Shown: positions 1 through 12,626 of the stretch, in pieces
Layout: the number at the start of each line of letters is the position of its first letter
Numbering within the stretch: the first letter of the stretch is position 1
Assembly: GCA_032718475.1 (NCBI GenBank)
Contig: JAUCBJ010002743.1
Span: forward strand, 1 to 52,864
Reading direction: 5' to 3'
Length of the DNA stretch: 52,864 nt
Origin: Nemertoderma westbladi
Lineage: Eukaryota; Animalia; Xenacoelomorpha
Notes under the pieces: generated by a model
What the model was told of the DNA's origin: nothing
Databases searched by the model: none
What the model saw: only the letters and a program-made list of their open reading frames with translations
Program-made: the position numbers and the translations under genes

Positions 1-963
1 GACTATAAGAAATTCACCGCTCGCTATACGCATCGTAATGGTACGTATGTGGACTTCTTAACTACTGGTCATCCTATCGATTTACACGATACGGACAATG
101 TCGACACCAAAAGGGAAATGGTACGATTGAAATATCCTACCCAGCGGAGGCGGAACGATAAACCGAGAATGGAACACGAGAATTCTATTCGAAACAGACT
201 CGAAAGAGAAGATGTTGAGGAGCCGGATAAACGCAGCGACTTCAACGATTATCTGGAATTCCTGATAGAAACATATCTCAATATTGCCAGTCAACAAAAT
301 CTAGAAACTCGATATCCTCAAGGTATACATCATGACCGCATGGTAGAACTCAAACGGCTCGATTCCCCTATGATGTATCTTACCGCCGATCGACCGCTAC
401 CTGTTGTACCGAATAGCTTCGAACGGATGGAGGAATATTGTAAGCTGGAGAAAGATCACTCGCGTTTCCCCTACAAGACGTACGTTTTTGGGTATTATTG
501 CGATGAATGCCCAAGACCTAACCAACAAACGGAAAGACATAAACATCCGCGGAGACGTTGCTTTAAACACGGTTTTACTCGCTATACTTACGGGAGTTTC
601 GAGCGAAACTTGTTCAATGTATCACCTACGCTCGTTCGACTCAGACGATCCTTAAATAAACCAATGATCAGAGTTTCGGAATACTCGATCAGAGCTCCTC
701 ATTCCCTAATGAGACCTCAGACTCTTGATCCTATTAGTATGACGGATCCTCCCGAGCTGTACTCACTGCTCAAAGATCTAGTGTTACCTGAACGATTAGT
801 CGGTGGCACCCCAGTTGTGGGTTTCTTAGATATTAGCCCATCCTACCTAGCCGGATTGGGACGCGGACATTTAATATCGCCGTTTAACCCTTACCATCGT
901 CCCGGCTTGACACGATATAACCTGTCACCAGAGTGGCGGAGAACGTTGTACCAAACGAGTTAA
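1..963 (+). CDS. Unknown protein, open to the window start; probable mobile-element or viral accessory ORF with a decayed continuation to about 1355
   Basis: Frame 1 is open from base 1 (DYKKFTARY...) to TAA at 963. It contains a CDEC...H...C..H cluster. Coding-like text continues through stops and frameshifts to a basic tail (LKKLRKRRLRKKD). No family recognised. Confidence 0.45.
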   Translation, partial: DYKKFTARYTHRNGTYVDFLTTGHPIDLHDTDNVDTKREMVRLKYPTQRRRNDKPRMEHENSIRNRLEREDVEEPDKRSDFNDYLEFLIETYLNIASQQNLETRYPQGIHHDRMVELKRLDSPMMYLTADRPLPVVPNSFERMEEYCKLEKDHSRFPYKTYVFGYYCDECPRPNQQTERHKHPRRRCFKHGFTRYTYGSFERNLFNVSPTLVRLRRSLNKPMIRVSEYSIRAPHSLMRPQTLDPISMTDPPELYSLLKDLVLPERLVGGTPVVGFLDISPSYLAGLGRGHLISPFNPYHRPGLTRYNLSPEWRRTLYQTS

Positions 964-2763
964 ACGCTATTCTACAAAGATCAGAAAGGAAACCTACGTT
1001 TGTTCAGATAAACGTAAGTTGTAACAGCAAGTCCAAGCGATAAACGAATTGTCTTTATCTCAGTTTGATTGTGAAATCCAGAATCTCTAAGAAGATATCG
1101 CACTTAGACAACCCCATTCTCTGCGAGAGTTTTTGGATGAACGTATCCAGCTACGAGCGGAGGAAAATCAGCTCGAGGAGAAGCATATCGAAACGGCGGA
1201 TACCCCGACCATAATCCTACACCTTCTGATGCAATCATATTGCACCCTTCACCCAGGATTTATAGCCCTCCTAGTAAAGTGGCTCCCCCCAAAGAGAAAA
1301 GGACTCTTGCTAGCCTCAAAAAACTGCGTAAACGCCGTCTGCGTAAGAAAGACTAACTGTTTAGAGTATTTTTATATTTTAGAAACTGTGATTTGTTATA
1401 TTTTATAGACTTAAATCCCATTTTCTGGGAGCGGTGTAAAAGCTTTTGCGTCATTAACCGGTTATTTTCCCTTAAAGTACTCTGTAGTTGGTTTGCCAGG
1501 CATAAAAAGGCCGTGTCCTTGCTGTACTGGTGTTTTAGAGGACATAAAAGTCATTTCTTATGTATTTGTACTGTATTTGTACTTTAGAGGACATAATCCA
1601 CAATCTCGTGACGCGATAAGCTAGATACTCTTGAAAACAGTGTCGCTACCATGACGATGGCTAACAGCTGATATTGCCACGTCGACGTTTCTTTGTTTCT
1701 TTGTTCTCTCGTGGTTCGGTTGACCAATCAGAGCGTTTGTTGTCTCTGTGTTGGAGGTGTATACAGAGGCTCAGTAGTTCAGTGTTATGTTTTTGCCCAG
1801 AGCCTAAGAACCGGCTTTTGGCACCTCCGTGTTTTCAGTTTTTAGTCTTACACTAGTAGGCTTAATTATAAGGACATATATCCGTTATCTAAACATAACA
1901 TACCATACCTAATCAAACAACCTGTGCATACTTTATATTGTTATACTGCTATTTACTGTCAGTTCTTCATAATATGGTTGATGAATTATTATATTTGGAA
2001 TAACGATAAATAACCCCGAAAACCCAATATTCTTGATATACCGAAGGTAAGAGAGAAAGGTTACATATAACGATTGTGACTTATGTTAAAGTGGTTTGAA
2101 GTGAATCTAATGTTATTTGATAGACCCTACATGATTCGGTCCGTGTTCCTTTTGTATGTGACTAAAATCAGTGAAGATCGGCAGATCAGTGTGCAGTATT
2201 GTGCAGCATTGTGTATGAGTGAGACTGATAACGAAGCATTTCCTAAAGAATGCGCCATATATGTGAATTGTAACTAAGCCATATCGTTGTGAGTAGTTTA
2301 AGTCATAACTCTGTTTATATAGATAGAGCGCCACGTCCTAAAGGAACTGTTAATATTCCCCGAAGGTGAATAATATTGTCAGAGATTATATAATACTGTC
2401 AGTCGAATAATACATTAGGCTTACATAGCAATACGATTAAGCCGTCGAACCCAATCTCCCGGGTATATCCAGCGGGTGAATGATCGCGCACCGATTGGTT
2501 TCGACTAGTGTAGTGAATCAAATACTTGTCAGAGGCTAAAAGTGATTTATTATCTAGAAGACATCCTAATTTGGCGGGTTAAACTGCCAAAGGTCTGAAA
2601 GCGCGAACATAGTTACTACTCAGTTAAATACTAAAAGTGATCTAGAATAACTTGGCTTTTAATCTTATTTGATAAAGAAGTTAATTATTATAGGTTTGAG
2701 AAGAATATTGGTTCGGTCCGCTACTTAAACTAAATTATAGTAAATTAGAAACAATTAGAAACT

Positions 2764-5700
2764 GTGCAGAAAATTAGAAACAACTGTGATAAAGTGGTTA
2801 ACCAATATGGGAGAAGACTATTGCAATTGTGCCGGTCGACTGGTCTTAAGATAATGAATGGACGGGTGGGTGAAGATGCTACACAAGGACAATGTACATA
2901 CTACTCAGTATCAGGAGCAACAGGATTGGGTAAATCAAATATTGACCTTATGCTAGTTGATACTAAATTATTACGCAACACTGTGGCTTTCAAGGTTCAT
3001 GTTGACAGTATGCTACCTACCAAACACTGCATGGTAAGCGCAACATTAGCCTGGAAAGCTACAATAAGAGAATGTAATTCCACCCGGGGAAATAGTGACA
3101 AAAAACATACAAATGACTATAGTACACGGTTCTCATGGAAACAGACAAAAAGTAGTCAGTTCGTGGATCTACTTGGTTCTGACGAATTCAAAGCCAGCGC
3201 AAACAGTCTCCTAGACGACCTCGGAAGTGGCAGTTACACGCAGGAATCTGTCGAAGAAGCAGCCAAGAAGTTAACAGACTGTATACAGACTGTAGCGGGA
3301 CAGTTATTTAAAGTGGGGACAAATAACACATGTAAGAGTAGGGATAGTACAAACGACAATAATGAGTGCCTGTGGTTTAATGACGAATGCTTAGAAAAGC
3401 GAACGGCATTTAGGAATGCACTCAATAAGTGGAAGTCTGATCGGACAGTGGCGTCAAAAATCGTTGTATCCCACACCCGTAGTATGTATTGTAAGACACT
3501 GAGACGAGCACGGGCAAATTACAGACGTGACCAGTCACGAAATTTGGAACAGTTAAGTTTGGAGGTAAATGAGACAAGGAAATTTTGGACTCTACTGAAA
3601 AATTCAACCGGTAACAAAAATAAATCACAACAATCTAAATTATCTCTTGATGACTTCGAAGAACATTTTAGGAACCTATGTTCTGGAACACCAGAATTTT
3701 CGGACATGGGAGTAGATCCACATGTTGACATAGACGTTAATAACAGTAAAAATTTAATGGAAAAGGAACTGTCTCAGCCCTTTACGGAGGATGAAGTAAA
3801 TATTGCTATTGAAAAACTTAAAAGACACAAAGCCCCGGGAATGGATATGCTACTAAATGAGTTCTTCATTGAAGGTAAAGCAGCCCTTACTCCACTAATA
3901 ACCCCTTTGTTCAATGCTGTGCTCTATTCTGGTAACTTCCCAAGAGCCTGGGCTGCGGCTCTGGTGACGCCAATCTATAAGAATAAAGGTAGTAAGGATG
4001 ACGCGGGAAACTACAGAGGAATATCTTTGTTAAGTTGCTTAGGAAAACTATTCACCTCAATTCTAAACTACAGAATTTCCTGGTGGGCAGAAGGTTTTCA
4101 GGTGTTAAACGACTCCCAGGCTGCTTTTCGTGCAGGCTACAGAACAACAGACCATTTGTTTGTGTTAAATGGGTTGATAAATTATCTCACGTCTCATGGT
4201 AATAAACTGTATTGCGGATTTATAGATTTTCAAAAGGCATTTGACCGTGTGGAACGCGATGCTCTATGGGTGAAACTCAATTGCCTTGGATTTTCAGGAA
4301 AGATATTTCAGGTTATTAAGAGTCTCTATGAAAGTGTGAAGTCGCGAGTGAAATGGAATGGGGGCATATCTGAGGCGTATGACTGCTTTTTGGGCGTATT
4401 GCAAGGGGAATGTTTGTCCCCGGTACTTTTTATTCTTTTTCTCAATGACCTGGAGGCTGAGCTGAGACTTGGCGGTGTGAATGGTATCACCCTATCCCAC
4501 TTGCAGCTATTTCTATTACTTTACGCGGACGATCTGGTACTAATAGCCACCACAGGATCGGACTTACAGAGATCTTTTGATATCTTAGGGGCTTATTCAG
4601 AGTATTGGGGCCTACGGGTTAATCTGGACAAAACAAATGTCGTAGTTTTTCGGAGAGGGGGTTCATTGGCGAGAGGAGACAAATGGTTTTATAACGGGGA
4701 GAGTGTTGGTGTTGTCTCACAATACAATTATCTGGGAATCACCTTGTCATTTACAGGTAAATTTGCATGCGCCCAAAGAATACTGGCGCAAAAGGCTGAA
4801 AAGGGTTTATTCTCGCTCTATAGGTATTTTATTAAATTTCCAAATTTGTCATTTGCATTGAAGTACAAGCTATTCTCGATATTGATTGCGCCAATTTTAA
4901 GTTACGGTGCCGATGTTTGGGGATTTCATTCTGCTCCGGCAATTGAGCGTGTTCATTTAGCTTTTTTGAAACGCCTACTTGGAGTAAAACGGAGCACTCC
5001 TGATTTTGCCGTCTACGGGGAAACTGGGGCTGTGCCGCTTTCAGTTTCACGAAAGCTGACAATTGTAAAATTTTGGGTAAGAACTTTGACTCTCCCGGAG
5101 ACGAGACTGACTAAACGTATGTATCAGGTACTTTACGAGGATGCACTGCAGGGGTCAGCGACAAACTGGGTTTCAATGGTAAGGGATGTATTAAATGGCC
5201 TGGGCCAAAGTTGGGCATGGGAGTCTCAAAATGTTGGGGATGCCAAATTATTCTTAAATAACGTAAGGGTAGTTTTAATGGATCAATTCATACAAGGGTG
5301 GTGGGCTGATATATCAAACTCTTCCAAAGGACAATATTACGTTAAAAATAAATTCGGAACAGAAGAATATCTACATTTATTAAAGGACAATAATGGCTTA
5401 CGTCAAACCCTCGCAAGGTTTCGGTGCTCGTCCCACAACTTAGAGATTGAAGTTGGTCGTTGGGATCACAGAGCTGTACAGGATCGGGTGTGTAAAATTT
5501 GTAACTTAGGGGAAGTAGAACATGAGTACCACTTTCTGCTTGTGTGTCCTGCTTACTCAAATATAAGGCAAACTTATTTACGGCAATATTACACTATAAA
5601 CCCATCGGTATATAAGTTTAAGGCATTACTACGGCGCAAACCAGATTTAAAAAACTTAGCTTTATATCTGAGTAAAGCATTTGCCGTAAGGGAGCGATTG

Positions 5701-5775
5701 CTAGCACGATTATAGTTAATGTGCAATTCAACAATAACATATACGTATGCTTGTTGTCGATTAATAAATAATAAA
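2764..5775 (+). mobile_element. 5'-truncated non-LTR retrotransposon ORF2 (partial APE endonuclease, RT, C-terminal CCHC), RTE-X-like
   Basis: 983-aa open frame: endonuclease C-half (NQYGRRLLQLC, SNIDLM), RT motifs NYRGISLLS, FIDFQKAFD, GVLQGECLSP, YADD, and C-terminal FRCSSHNLEIEVGR...CKIC...HFLLVC. A short 3' UTR ends in an AATAAA-rich tail. Confidence 0.9.
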
Positions 5776-5829
5776 CTAAGTAAAGTTATCTGTGGAAGCG
5801 AAACACCTGGAGCAATCAGAAGGCTCGTC

Positions 5830-6100
5830 TCTTTTGGCTGTTACCTGTAAGGCAGGGATGGCACCACACTAACTCCCAAGGTTGTTCACTCTCTTAACTA
5901 TCCAACCCTTTCTTTACTCCCACAACAGAATCCGGGTTCTTGTTCTACCGCTGGGTTTGCCTAATAACTAATGTTTAAAGTGTCTTACCTGGAGACACAA
6001 CAGTGCCAAATCTCTACAGCCTTCTCTCGGATCTGAACCAGCGTCTATTCAAGCGATGTATTAACTCCGTCACGAGTCGCGGTTCGCTTCTAAGATCCGC
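5830..6100 (-). mobile_element. Degenerate tRNA-derived SINE
   Basis: About 5945-6022 is the reverse-complement homologue of the central domain of the SINE at 37160-37417. B-box-like GGTTCAGATCC on the minus strand. Confidence 0.6.
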
Positions 6101-6394
6101 CGATCTTCAATAAATGACCTACTATTTATTGTTTTGGCTCCTTTCCCTTAATGTTTGTAGATTAAATTACTTTTATTAAACCCACATTTGGTGTTTGTGG
6201 TCATTTTGCGCCATTGACTCCTTAATTGATTAGTTAATTCGATATTATTAATTAAATGAATTGGAAGGGGAGGGAAAATATGAAATTCGAAATTTGTAAG
6301 TAACATTAAAATCTCTAGCTTATGAGACAAAAAAACAACGTTTGCAAACCTTATGTTATTATAAATAATAATTGTGACACCCACCAGTAGGTGG

Positions 6395-6583
6395 GTGTGG
6401 GCCGGACCTGGAGGCAGTGCAATACCAGGCCAACCCGTGGCTGGAGTGGAGCAAGCCCCTTACTCACAGCCGCACTGCAAAAATCAGTTTAATATTGGAA
6501 CTGCTCAGTGAGCAGTGTGCCAGATATTAAGCTGACAAGAACAGATACTACACATGATCTTAGCCAAAAGGCCGAGAAGCGAT
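6395..6583 (-). ncRNA. U2: U2 spliceosomal snRNA
   Basis: Minus strand reads ATCGCTTCTCGGCCTTTTGGCTAAGATCATGTGTAGTATCTGTTC (branch-point pairing GTAGTA), Sm site GATTTTTG, and stem-loop IV CCTGGTATTGCACTGCCTCCAGG. About 189 nt. Confidence 0.97.
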
Positions 6584-6625
6584 ACTGTTGTTAATACAAA
6601 GCAGTATATATTCAAACAATCTACT

Positions 6626-6645
6626 GATATATACCGTCAGAGTGA
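6626..6645 (-). promoter_or_regulatory. Putative snRNA proximal sequence element (PSE)
   Basis: TCACTCTGACGGTATATATC begins about 62 nt upstream of the U2 start. Position and the TCAC start match metazoan PSEs. Confidence 0.5.
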
Positions 6646-7096
6646 TTTAGAAAAGTTATTTTCATTCTAAAAATTATATTATAATATAAATGGCATTACT
6701 TTTTAAAATGAGATTACTTATTAGATTTTTCAAAATTGAAAAATTCTTAAATTACTCATCATTTACTTCAATTAACTTAAGTATTATTTACCAATTAATC
6801 CATCTGTATTCAGATTATTTGCAACCCTCCTTCCAGAATACGGTGGCCCACAATTACGGTTGCCACCAACTGTCATGTCGCTCCTTCCACGCACAAAGTG
6901 GAAGGAGGATGTTCTCAATCCGCTCACACGTAAATATGTGTAGGAGTTGTGGGTTGACGGTCAACATAAATAACTTTGTGATTCGGTAGTAGTGTATTGA
7001 ACGTCAATCCTCTCCCACACAAATGTATTTATATGCGATAGGATTGACGGTATTAATTCAATTATATAGGGTATGGTGGTGAGTCAGTAATTGCAA

Positions 7097-9205
7097 ATAT
7101 TTGTCGTCTTTTGAAATTTGTCGAATTTAAAGCTTTCGAGAATTCAAACTTTTAACGTACTTTGAGACAGCATGAGTTCAACTGACTCTTCCTAGAGGGC
7201 TAATTGACTAAAGTTAAACGTATTATTTAATATCTTTGTTATTATACCGTTCGTATGTAAGACCACTAGATCCCTTCCTATAATAAAAAGCAGAAACTTG
7301 GCATAATAATGTTCTAGATAAATAGCTGTATCGAGGTTCATTCGTCTGTAGTGCTCCATACGAAATGTCTAAGTGTATTTTATAAACCTCAGACTGAGTT
7401 TTTATTTAGTACGAGTAGCAAAGACCTCTAATATTCACTCCGTTATTGTTGGTGGTGTTGTTAATTTCCAGTTGGGTTTTGGCTTTATAATGATTCATAC
7501 GGCGCAGTGGCGAAGTTGGTAGAGCGTTGTAGATTAAAATTGAGCAATTCTATCCAAAAATCGTTATTTACGAAATTTAATAAAACCGCCAATAAGAATA
7601 AATCAAAGAGAGGAAAGTTTCCCCCTCCTCGCTTCAACCACCCTATTAATCTGCACGACTGCACCACCTCAACCCAAATTGGCACAGAGGATTAATGAAA
7701 GGCAGAGGTATTAACAGGAAATTAGTGTTTTAAGTTTTAGGCGTAGAGGCGACCCAATTGGTAAAAATTATTACAACTTACCTTATGCCGATAGTATTGA
7801 TACTGAAATATTAATTTATCATGTCAACACCTCAACGAAATTATTTAGCTAATTATTCTAGAATCACAATGAAATACTCAGGCAATCATTTTGTGAGATA
7901 AACAATAAGCAAGCTGGCTTACACTTGGCACCTTAAACTAGTAGTCAGATAATAACCCGTTGCCAAGTATTGGTGAGATTATTGGAATGGTTCCCAACTA
8001 TAGGCAATAGCAAGCATGCCATGAGGGAGGTATAGAGTGACGGGTTGCATTATTAAAACTTAAATACGTTTAGATCAATTAAAAACACATTTATTAAAGC
8101 AAATCACTTTAAACTAATTAAAAACTATAATGGAATGGGGTATGGGGATTACAGCTGTATAATTTTTAAGTATAATTATTTACATCTTATACTATAAAAT
8201 AATAATACCTTTACATAAATTTTACATACAATAAAAGCACAATATTTCATCATTCACCAATAAATTATTTATCAATTGATTTAATAAACTGAACTCCACT
8301 ACTTTACAGTAAATATCGAGCTCTCTGAAAATAAAACCTCTACTTCAATCTCCTGTTATCTTATAATACTCTCCTTGGTCTAACAGTTCTCGGAAGCCCT
8401 GGCTCACAGGTTGGTTGAAAGATTCTTTAATGCAGGCGGCATTACCAGCCTGTACAGCATCTCCTAATCGTCGCCACAAAAATTCAAGGGCCCTCTTATT
8501 GCCATATACTCTTTGTTGGCGTCGTGCTACTTCGCGGAGAAAAGGGTACCTGGGTACCTGGGTACCTGGGGCCCGTCACCACCTAGAGTTTCAACACCTT
8601 CACCTGAGAAGTAACGTTGCGCCGTCCGGACACTTTCCGCCGTTTCTGACCAGTTGGCTCTCGAGTAGAAGGGATGTCTCCAGACGTAATGCTCTGTAAA
8701 TGATGTCGTTTCCAAGCTGGTAATGTACATGCCTACTCTTGTTATGCTTACAGATGAGAGCGTGATGGGCTGAAGCGTCTATGGCGGCGCCACACAAACA
8801 AGTGTGAGCTGTGCAGACTAGCCCGCGAAGTCGTAGCGCCACGCCCATATCAAACTGTTCATCTGTGAGCCTCAGACCAAGAGTAGCTGGCGGGAGGGCA
8901 TTCAGCCAATCTCCGGATACTGGAGCCTGACAACCCCTCAGTTGTGCGGTGTTTGGTTGGTCTGCAATACTTATCAGGGCCTAAGATATTCAGTTGCTAT
9001 TGGGTCTAGCCAATTCCTTTGTCTTTTGGAGTTTTCGGAGATTTTACCATATAGGGGCTAGCTGTTCCCATATGTTGAGTGGTTCTAAGGCCTCAGTTGG
9101 TTCCGGGAATTTCCCTCCAATGATATCTTCAATGAGCAAACTGTTACTATGTAGAGAAGAAAGATAGGGGGGCTGTGGAAGCAACAGAGGGTACTCCTAA
9201 ACCCC
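7097..9205 (+). repeat. Local direct duplication, copy 1
   Basis: Near-identical to about 12627-14380. Copy 2 lacks the segment equivalent to about 8215-8572. Confidence 0.9.
8330..9205 (-). mobile_element. CRE-clade non-LTR retrotransposon 3' fragment (zinc knuckle and restriction-like endonuclease), decayed
   Basis: Minus-strand translation GDWLNALP...ALRL...CLCGAAIDASAHHALIC...KCPDG...RRLGDAVQAGNAACI, matching CRE C-terminal motifs. Frameshifted. Confidence 0.8.
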
Positions 9206-9639
9206 TTTCTTCTCTCTGTAGTGCAGTATTCCCGCTTGTGAGATCTCTCGTCAACCTCCCGGTTAAACTCCACCGTTCTTCTTCCCTCTTCTGATTGGGC
9301 TCGTCGCTCGCCCTCTCGCGACGTCAACATGGGGATACTCGCAATCCCCCTACTACGTCGCCTACCCCTACTACCATCCCCTACTACCTACCATCGCCGG
9401 GTGCTGCGGTTCACCTAATTCGCCCCGCGCATTATCCGCCGACGCTTGTGGGACACTCTTTGCCCCCCCCACCCCCCACTCGCCGCTAATCTCTCGTTGT
9501 GGGGCTCCTGTAGCCCCCCCCCCCCCCCCCCACTCGCCACATCTAACTTAACTGTCTCTTACTTCGCTACTGCACCCCTCTCTAGTCGACACATTAACCC
9601 TACTGCGGCTGGGTCTATTCACCCCCACCTCTCTCTCTG

Positions 9640-9830
9640 CTACTGTGTGGCCTACCAGGCCCTCTACTTCCTGCCTACTAACTACGTGGCCTACCAGGTC
9701 CTCCTCGGGTTGACTCAACCCCGCCACTTCCTGCCTACTAACTACGTGGCCTACCAGGCCCTCGTTGGGTTGACTCAACCCTGTCACTTCCTGCCTACTA
9801 ACTACGTGGCCTACCAGGCCCTCGTCCGTC
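9640..9830 (-). repeat. About 60-bp coding tandem repeat in gag
   Basis: Repeated GLVGHVVSRQEV.GLSQP units. Confidence 0.85.
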
Positions 9831-11628
9831 GGGCTGCCCCTGCCCACCGCGTTTATATTAATAGCACCATTACTAGTATCGCCCGTTAAATCAATTGAAT
9901 CCTCCAAATCAATTAAATTGTTTTGCACGCCTAAATTAGAAACGGAATTATTTTGTTCGTTCGAAATAAGATTATCTGAATTATTCTGCGTATTTATATT
10001 ATTTGGATTATTTTGTAAATTTACATTATTTGAATTATTTTGTAGATTTATATTACTTGAATTATTTGTATTTAAATTTAAATTATTACTACTAGGTAGA
10101 ATATTTCCTGCAATGAAAGTTTGGTTAGAATTATCCAATACGGTACTATTAATATTAATATTATCTACTGTATTATTATTACCCCCCCCCCCCCCCCGCC
10201 CGTACGGTCACACCAGTCTTGGGTCTGTCGTGCGGTCCCTGTAAGTGGGGTATTAATAAATTTTTCCACAGCCCTTGGCTCCTCATAAATACTCGAGCCA
10301 GTCTCGCTCTCTGACAGCCCCATCTGCGCCAGTTCTAGTCGGCGTTTCTGCTTTGCCTGATACTGCATAAGCCCCTTTAGCCGGGCATGCATACCATCCC
10401 GCACACGTTTTCTCTCACTCTCCCTCTCTCTGCCCTCTCGTGAATTCTGATCGGCTAACTCTGCCTCTCTCGCAACTCTCTCCAGTCGTCTTGCCTCGCG
10501 CTCTTTTCGCTCATTATCCGCACTCACCTCGCGCTCTTTACGTTCCGCCTCACGCTCTGCCTCGCGCTCTTCTTGCTCCTTCCTTTCCGTCCTCCCTATT
10601 TCCTCGCACTCCCTAAAGCTTCTCTCAGCCCTCTCGGCCCTCTCTTTGTTCTCTCTAACCAGCTCTTTCTCCTGCTCTATTAACGCACTCTCTTCCTCTA
10701 ACTGTCTCACTAATTCTCTCTGGTCTAGCGCCGCCAGATCGAGTTGGCATGCCAGATCTATTTCTCGCACCCGTTTTTCTTTTGCGGAGGATGTAGCGGA
10801 CTTATCGGTTGCGACGGACTCCCCCCGCCTTCCCGTCCTGCTAACTTTCCCCTGCCTCCCGGAATTTTCCCCTACCGACGAGACCGAATCCTCGGGGTTA
10901 ACCTCGGATTCGCCCTCCTGCGGTCTCCTCCAACCCACCAGTTTTACTCCCCGGGCATCGACTAAGTATGGCCCTACGTACACTACGCTAGGTTTCATAC
11001 CCCTACATTCCCATAGTTCAAACAGTTCGCTGGCCACCCCTCTCGGTCTCTCATCGGCCAGTTCTCCCTGTCCAAAATGCATTAAGTAATCAAAGTGTCT
11101 GTTCGACTCACCTAATCGTTTCTTCAGCTTTACCTCGTCTACCTTCGCCCCTCCTTTGGCCTCTTTCAGTTGCTTTCGGGTTGCGTCGGAGCCGGTCGCT
11201 GACCCCGACGTCCTCGTCGCCGACGTCTCCTTTATCCCTCCGTGTCCGGCGTCGTACCGGCGGCCCCACCGTCGCCGTTCCGGTGGGCCATCCGTCGCCC
11301 TCGGCCTGTGGCTGGCTGGCGACTTCGGCACATCGAACGCCGCTGTGTGTCGACTCGTCTCTCTCTTCTCTCGACTCGCTCTCTCGTTGTAGACGCCCCC
11401 CCTCCTCTTGGATTGCCGAATCACCTATTATCGATGGATCCGGCATCGTGGGTCTATACCGTCGCGTCGCAGTCTCACGGATCGTTAGATCGCCGTCCGG
11501 GGTCCGCGGCGGTGTCGCTTCTCCTTCTCGACTCATCTTTACTTTACTTTAGTATAGATTGGTGGCTGGCAGTCACAGTAACAGGCAGCTTGGTTCTTTC
11601 CACTAGGGCAGTTGCTCGATCTTTCCAC

Positions 11629-12206
11629 TGTGAAGGGATCCGAGAATCCCGGTTTATCCGTTAGCTTTCCTACGCGTCCCCGCCGTGTGTGTGTGAAAAG
11701 AGTTTTAGTTGTTGACTGATCGGTGTGTATAAATAAGAGGGTATAATATAACTGAATAGGATATAGCACAGTTGACACAGTTGATTGATGATTAAGTGTA
11801 CCGGTAAATAGAATGACAATACTGCAGTACACGGAAACGGAGATGGTGGAAAGAGTCCCGGTACTGCCCTAACTAACTGACTTACTAAAGTGAATGAATA
11901 TACACAAAGACCGGTAATATATTGCACGGTTGGCCACGTTGCATTACTCAGTCGATGCTTGCCCCCCCATTGGCTGATAACTCACTTCTCACCCTCCCAT
12001 TTCCCTGGGTGTATTTCCCCCTGTCGCTATTACTCTCTCCCTCCCGGAGGTGTAACCTCTGATCCCCGCTGTGTGTGTTCCCTTGGGGCCTGTTGTCCCC
12101 GTTTATTGGGGTGACACGAGGTTGATTGGTAACCAACCTCGTGCTCCCAATATTGCTTAAAACCAACTCTGTGTGGGCCTGGCTAGCGGAATTGAATACG
12201 CTAACA
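11629..12206 (-). repeat. LTR (578 bp)
   Basis: TG...CA ends. Shares start (TGT.AGCG.ATTCAATTCCGC), internal GCGACAGGGGG.AAA and GTTAT.AGCCAAT, and end (GATCCC.TCACA) with the solo LTR at 45565-46159. Confidence 0.85.
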
Positions 12207-12229
12207 ATCATACTGTTCATACATAAACA

Positions 12230-12620
12230 AATTGTTCCAGAATATTGTGTATTTATTAAATAGAATAAATGGCCTGCAGTGAACAATAATTCTTGCAATC
12301 TTTGAACGCCTATATCTCAGCTGTTTCTCAATGAAATTCAGATATTGTTACATATTTGGAATCCTTTCAACGCAAGCTTTCTATTGATGTGAAAAAAATA
12401 CGACTAAAGTGAAGAATGGCAATGATACAGAGGGTGCGATTTCGCAAAAGACACTTTTTTAAAACGCTTATAAATAAAATTTAAAGGCTAAATCGAAAAT
12501 TCCGGCTTCATGGTAACAACCACGGTGAGTTGAACTAGTTGTGTTTCAAATTTCAAGCATTATGATGAAGATTTGTAGAAAAATATGGGGGGGGGGGGGG
12601 GGGGGTCCGTGTCATCAGAA
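12230..12620. mobile_element. Half copy of the foldback/MITE family seen at 21346-22423
   Basis: Aligns by eye to about 21810-22390 (GTTCCAGAAT..GTGTATTTATTAAATAGAATAAA, ATTTGGAATCCTT, G-run near end). Confidence 0.65.
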
Positions 12621-12626
12621 AATTAA

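Larger units (their letters stand above)
9206..12206 (-). mobile_element. BEL/Pao-like LTR retrotransposon, 5' LTR plus truncated gag
   Basis: LTR 12206-11629 (TGTTAG...TTCACA). The gag-like frames start at ATG 11536 and contain EVNPEDSVSSV and an E/R-rich coiled coil. Frames break at C/G homopolymers and are cut off at about 9205 by the CRE fragment. Confidence 0.75.

Noticed and set aside
2764-6583. U2-targeting retrotransposon (Utopia/Keno type)
   Set aside because: U2 is intact, no U2 fragment lies at any element junction, and the LINE ends about 600 bp away.
7501-7550. tRNA gene (also at 13023, and the heads near 17600 and 29300)
   Set aside because: Only A-box or partial cloverleaf sequence without a complete acceptor stem, so these are best read as SINE heads.
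9514-11402. Programmed frameshifting at C/G runs in gag
   Set aside because: Long C/G homopolymers are common across the window and prone to slippage or assembly error, and the element is truncated.
10646-11664. Plus-strand ORFs opposite gag, and similar shadow ORFs opposite NUFIP1, INPP4 and the LINEs
   Set aside because: Antisense or alternate-frame by-products with no recognisable motifs.
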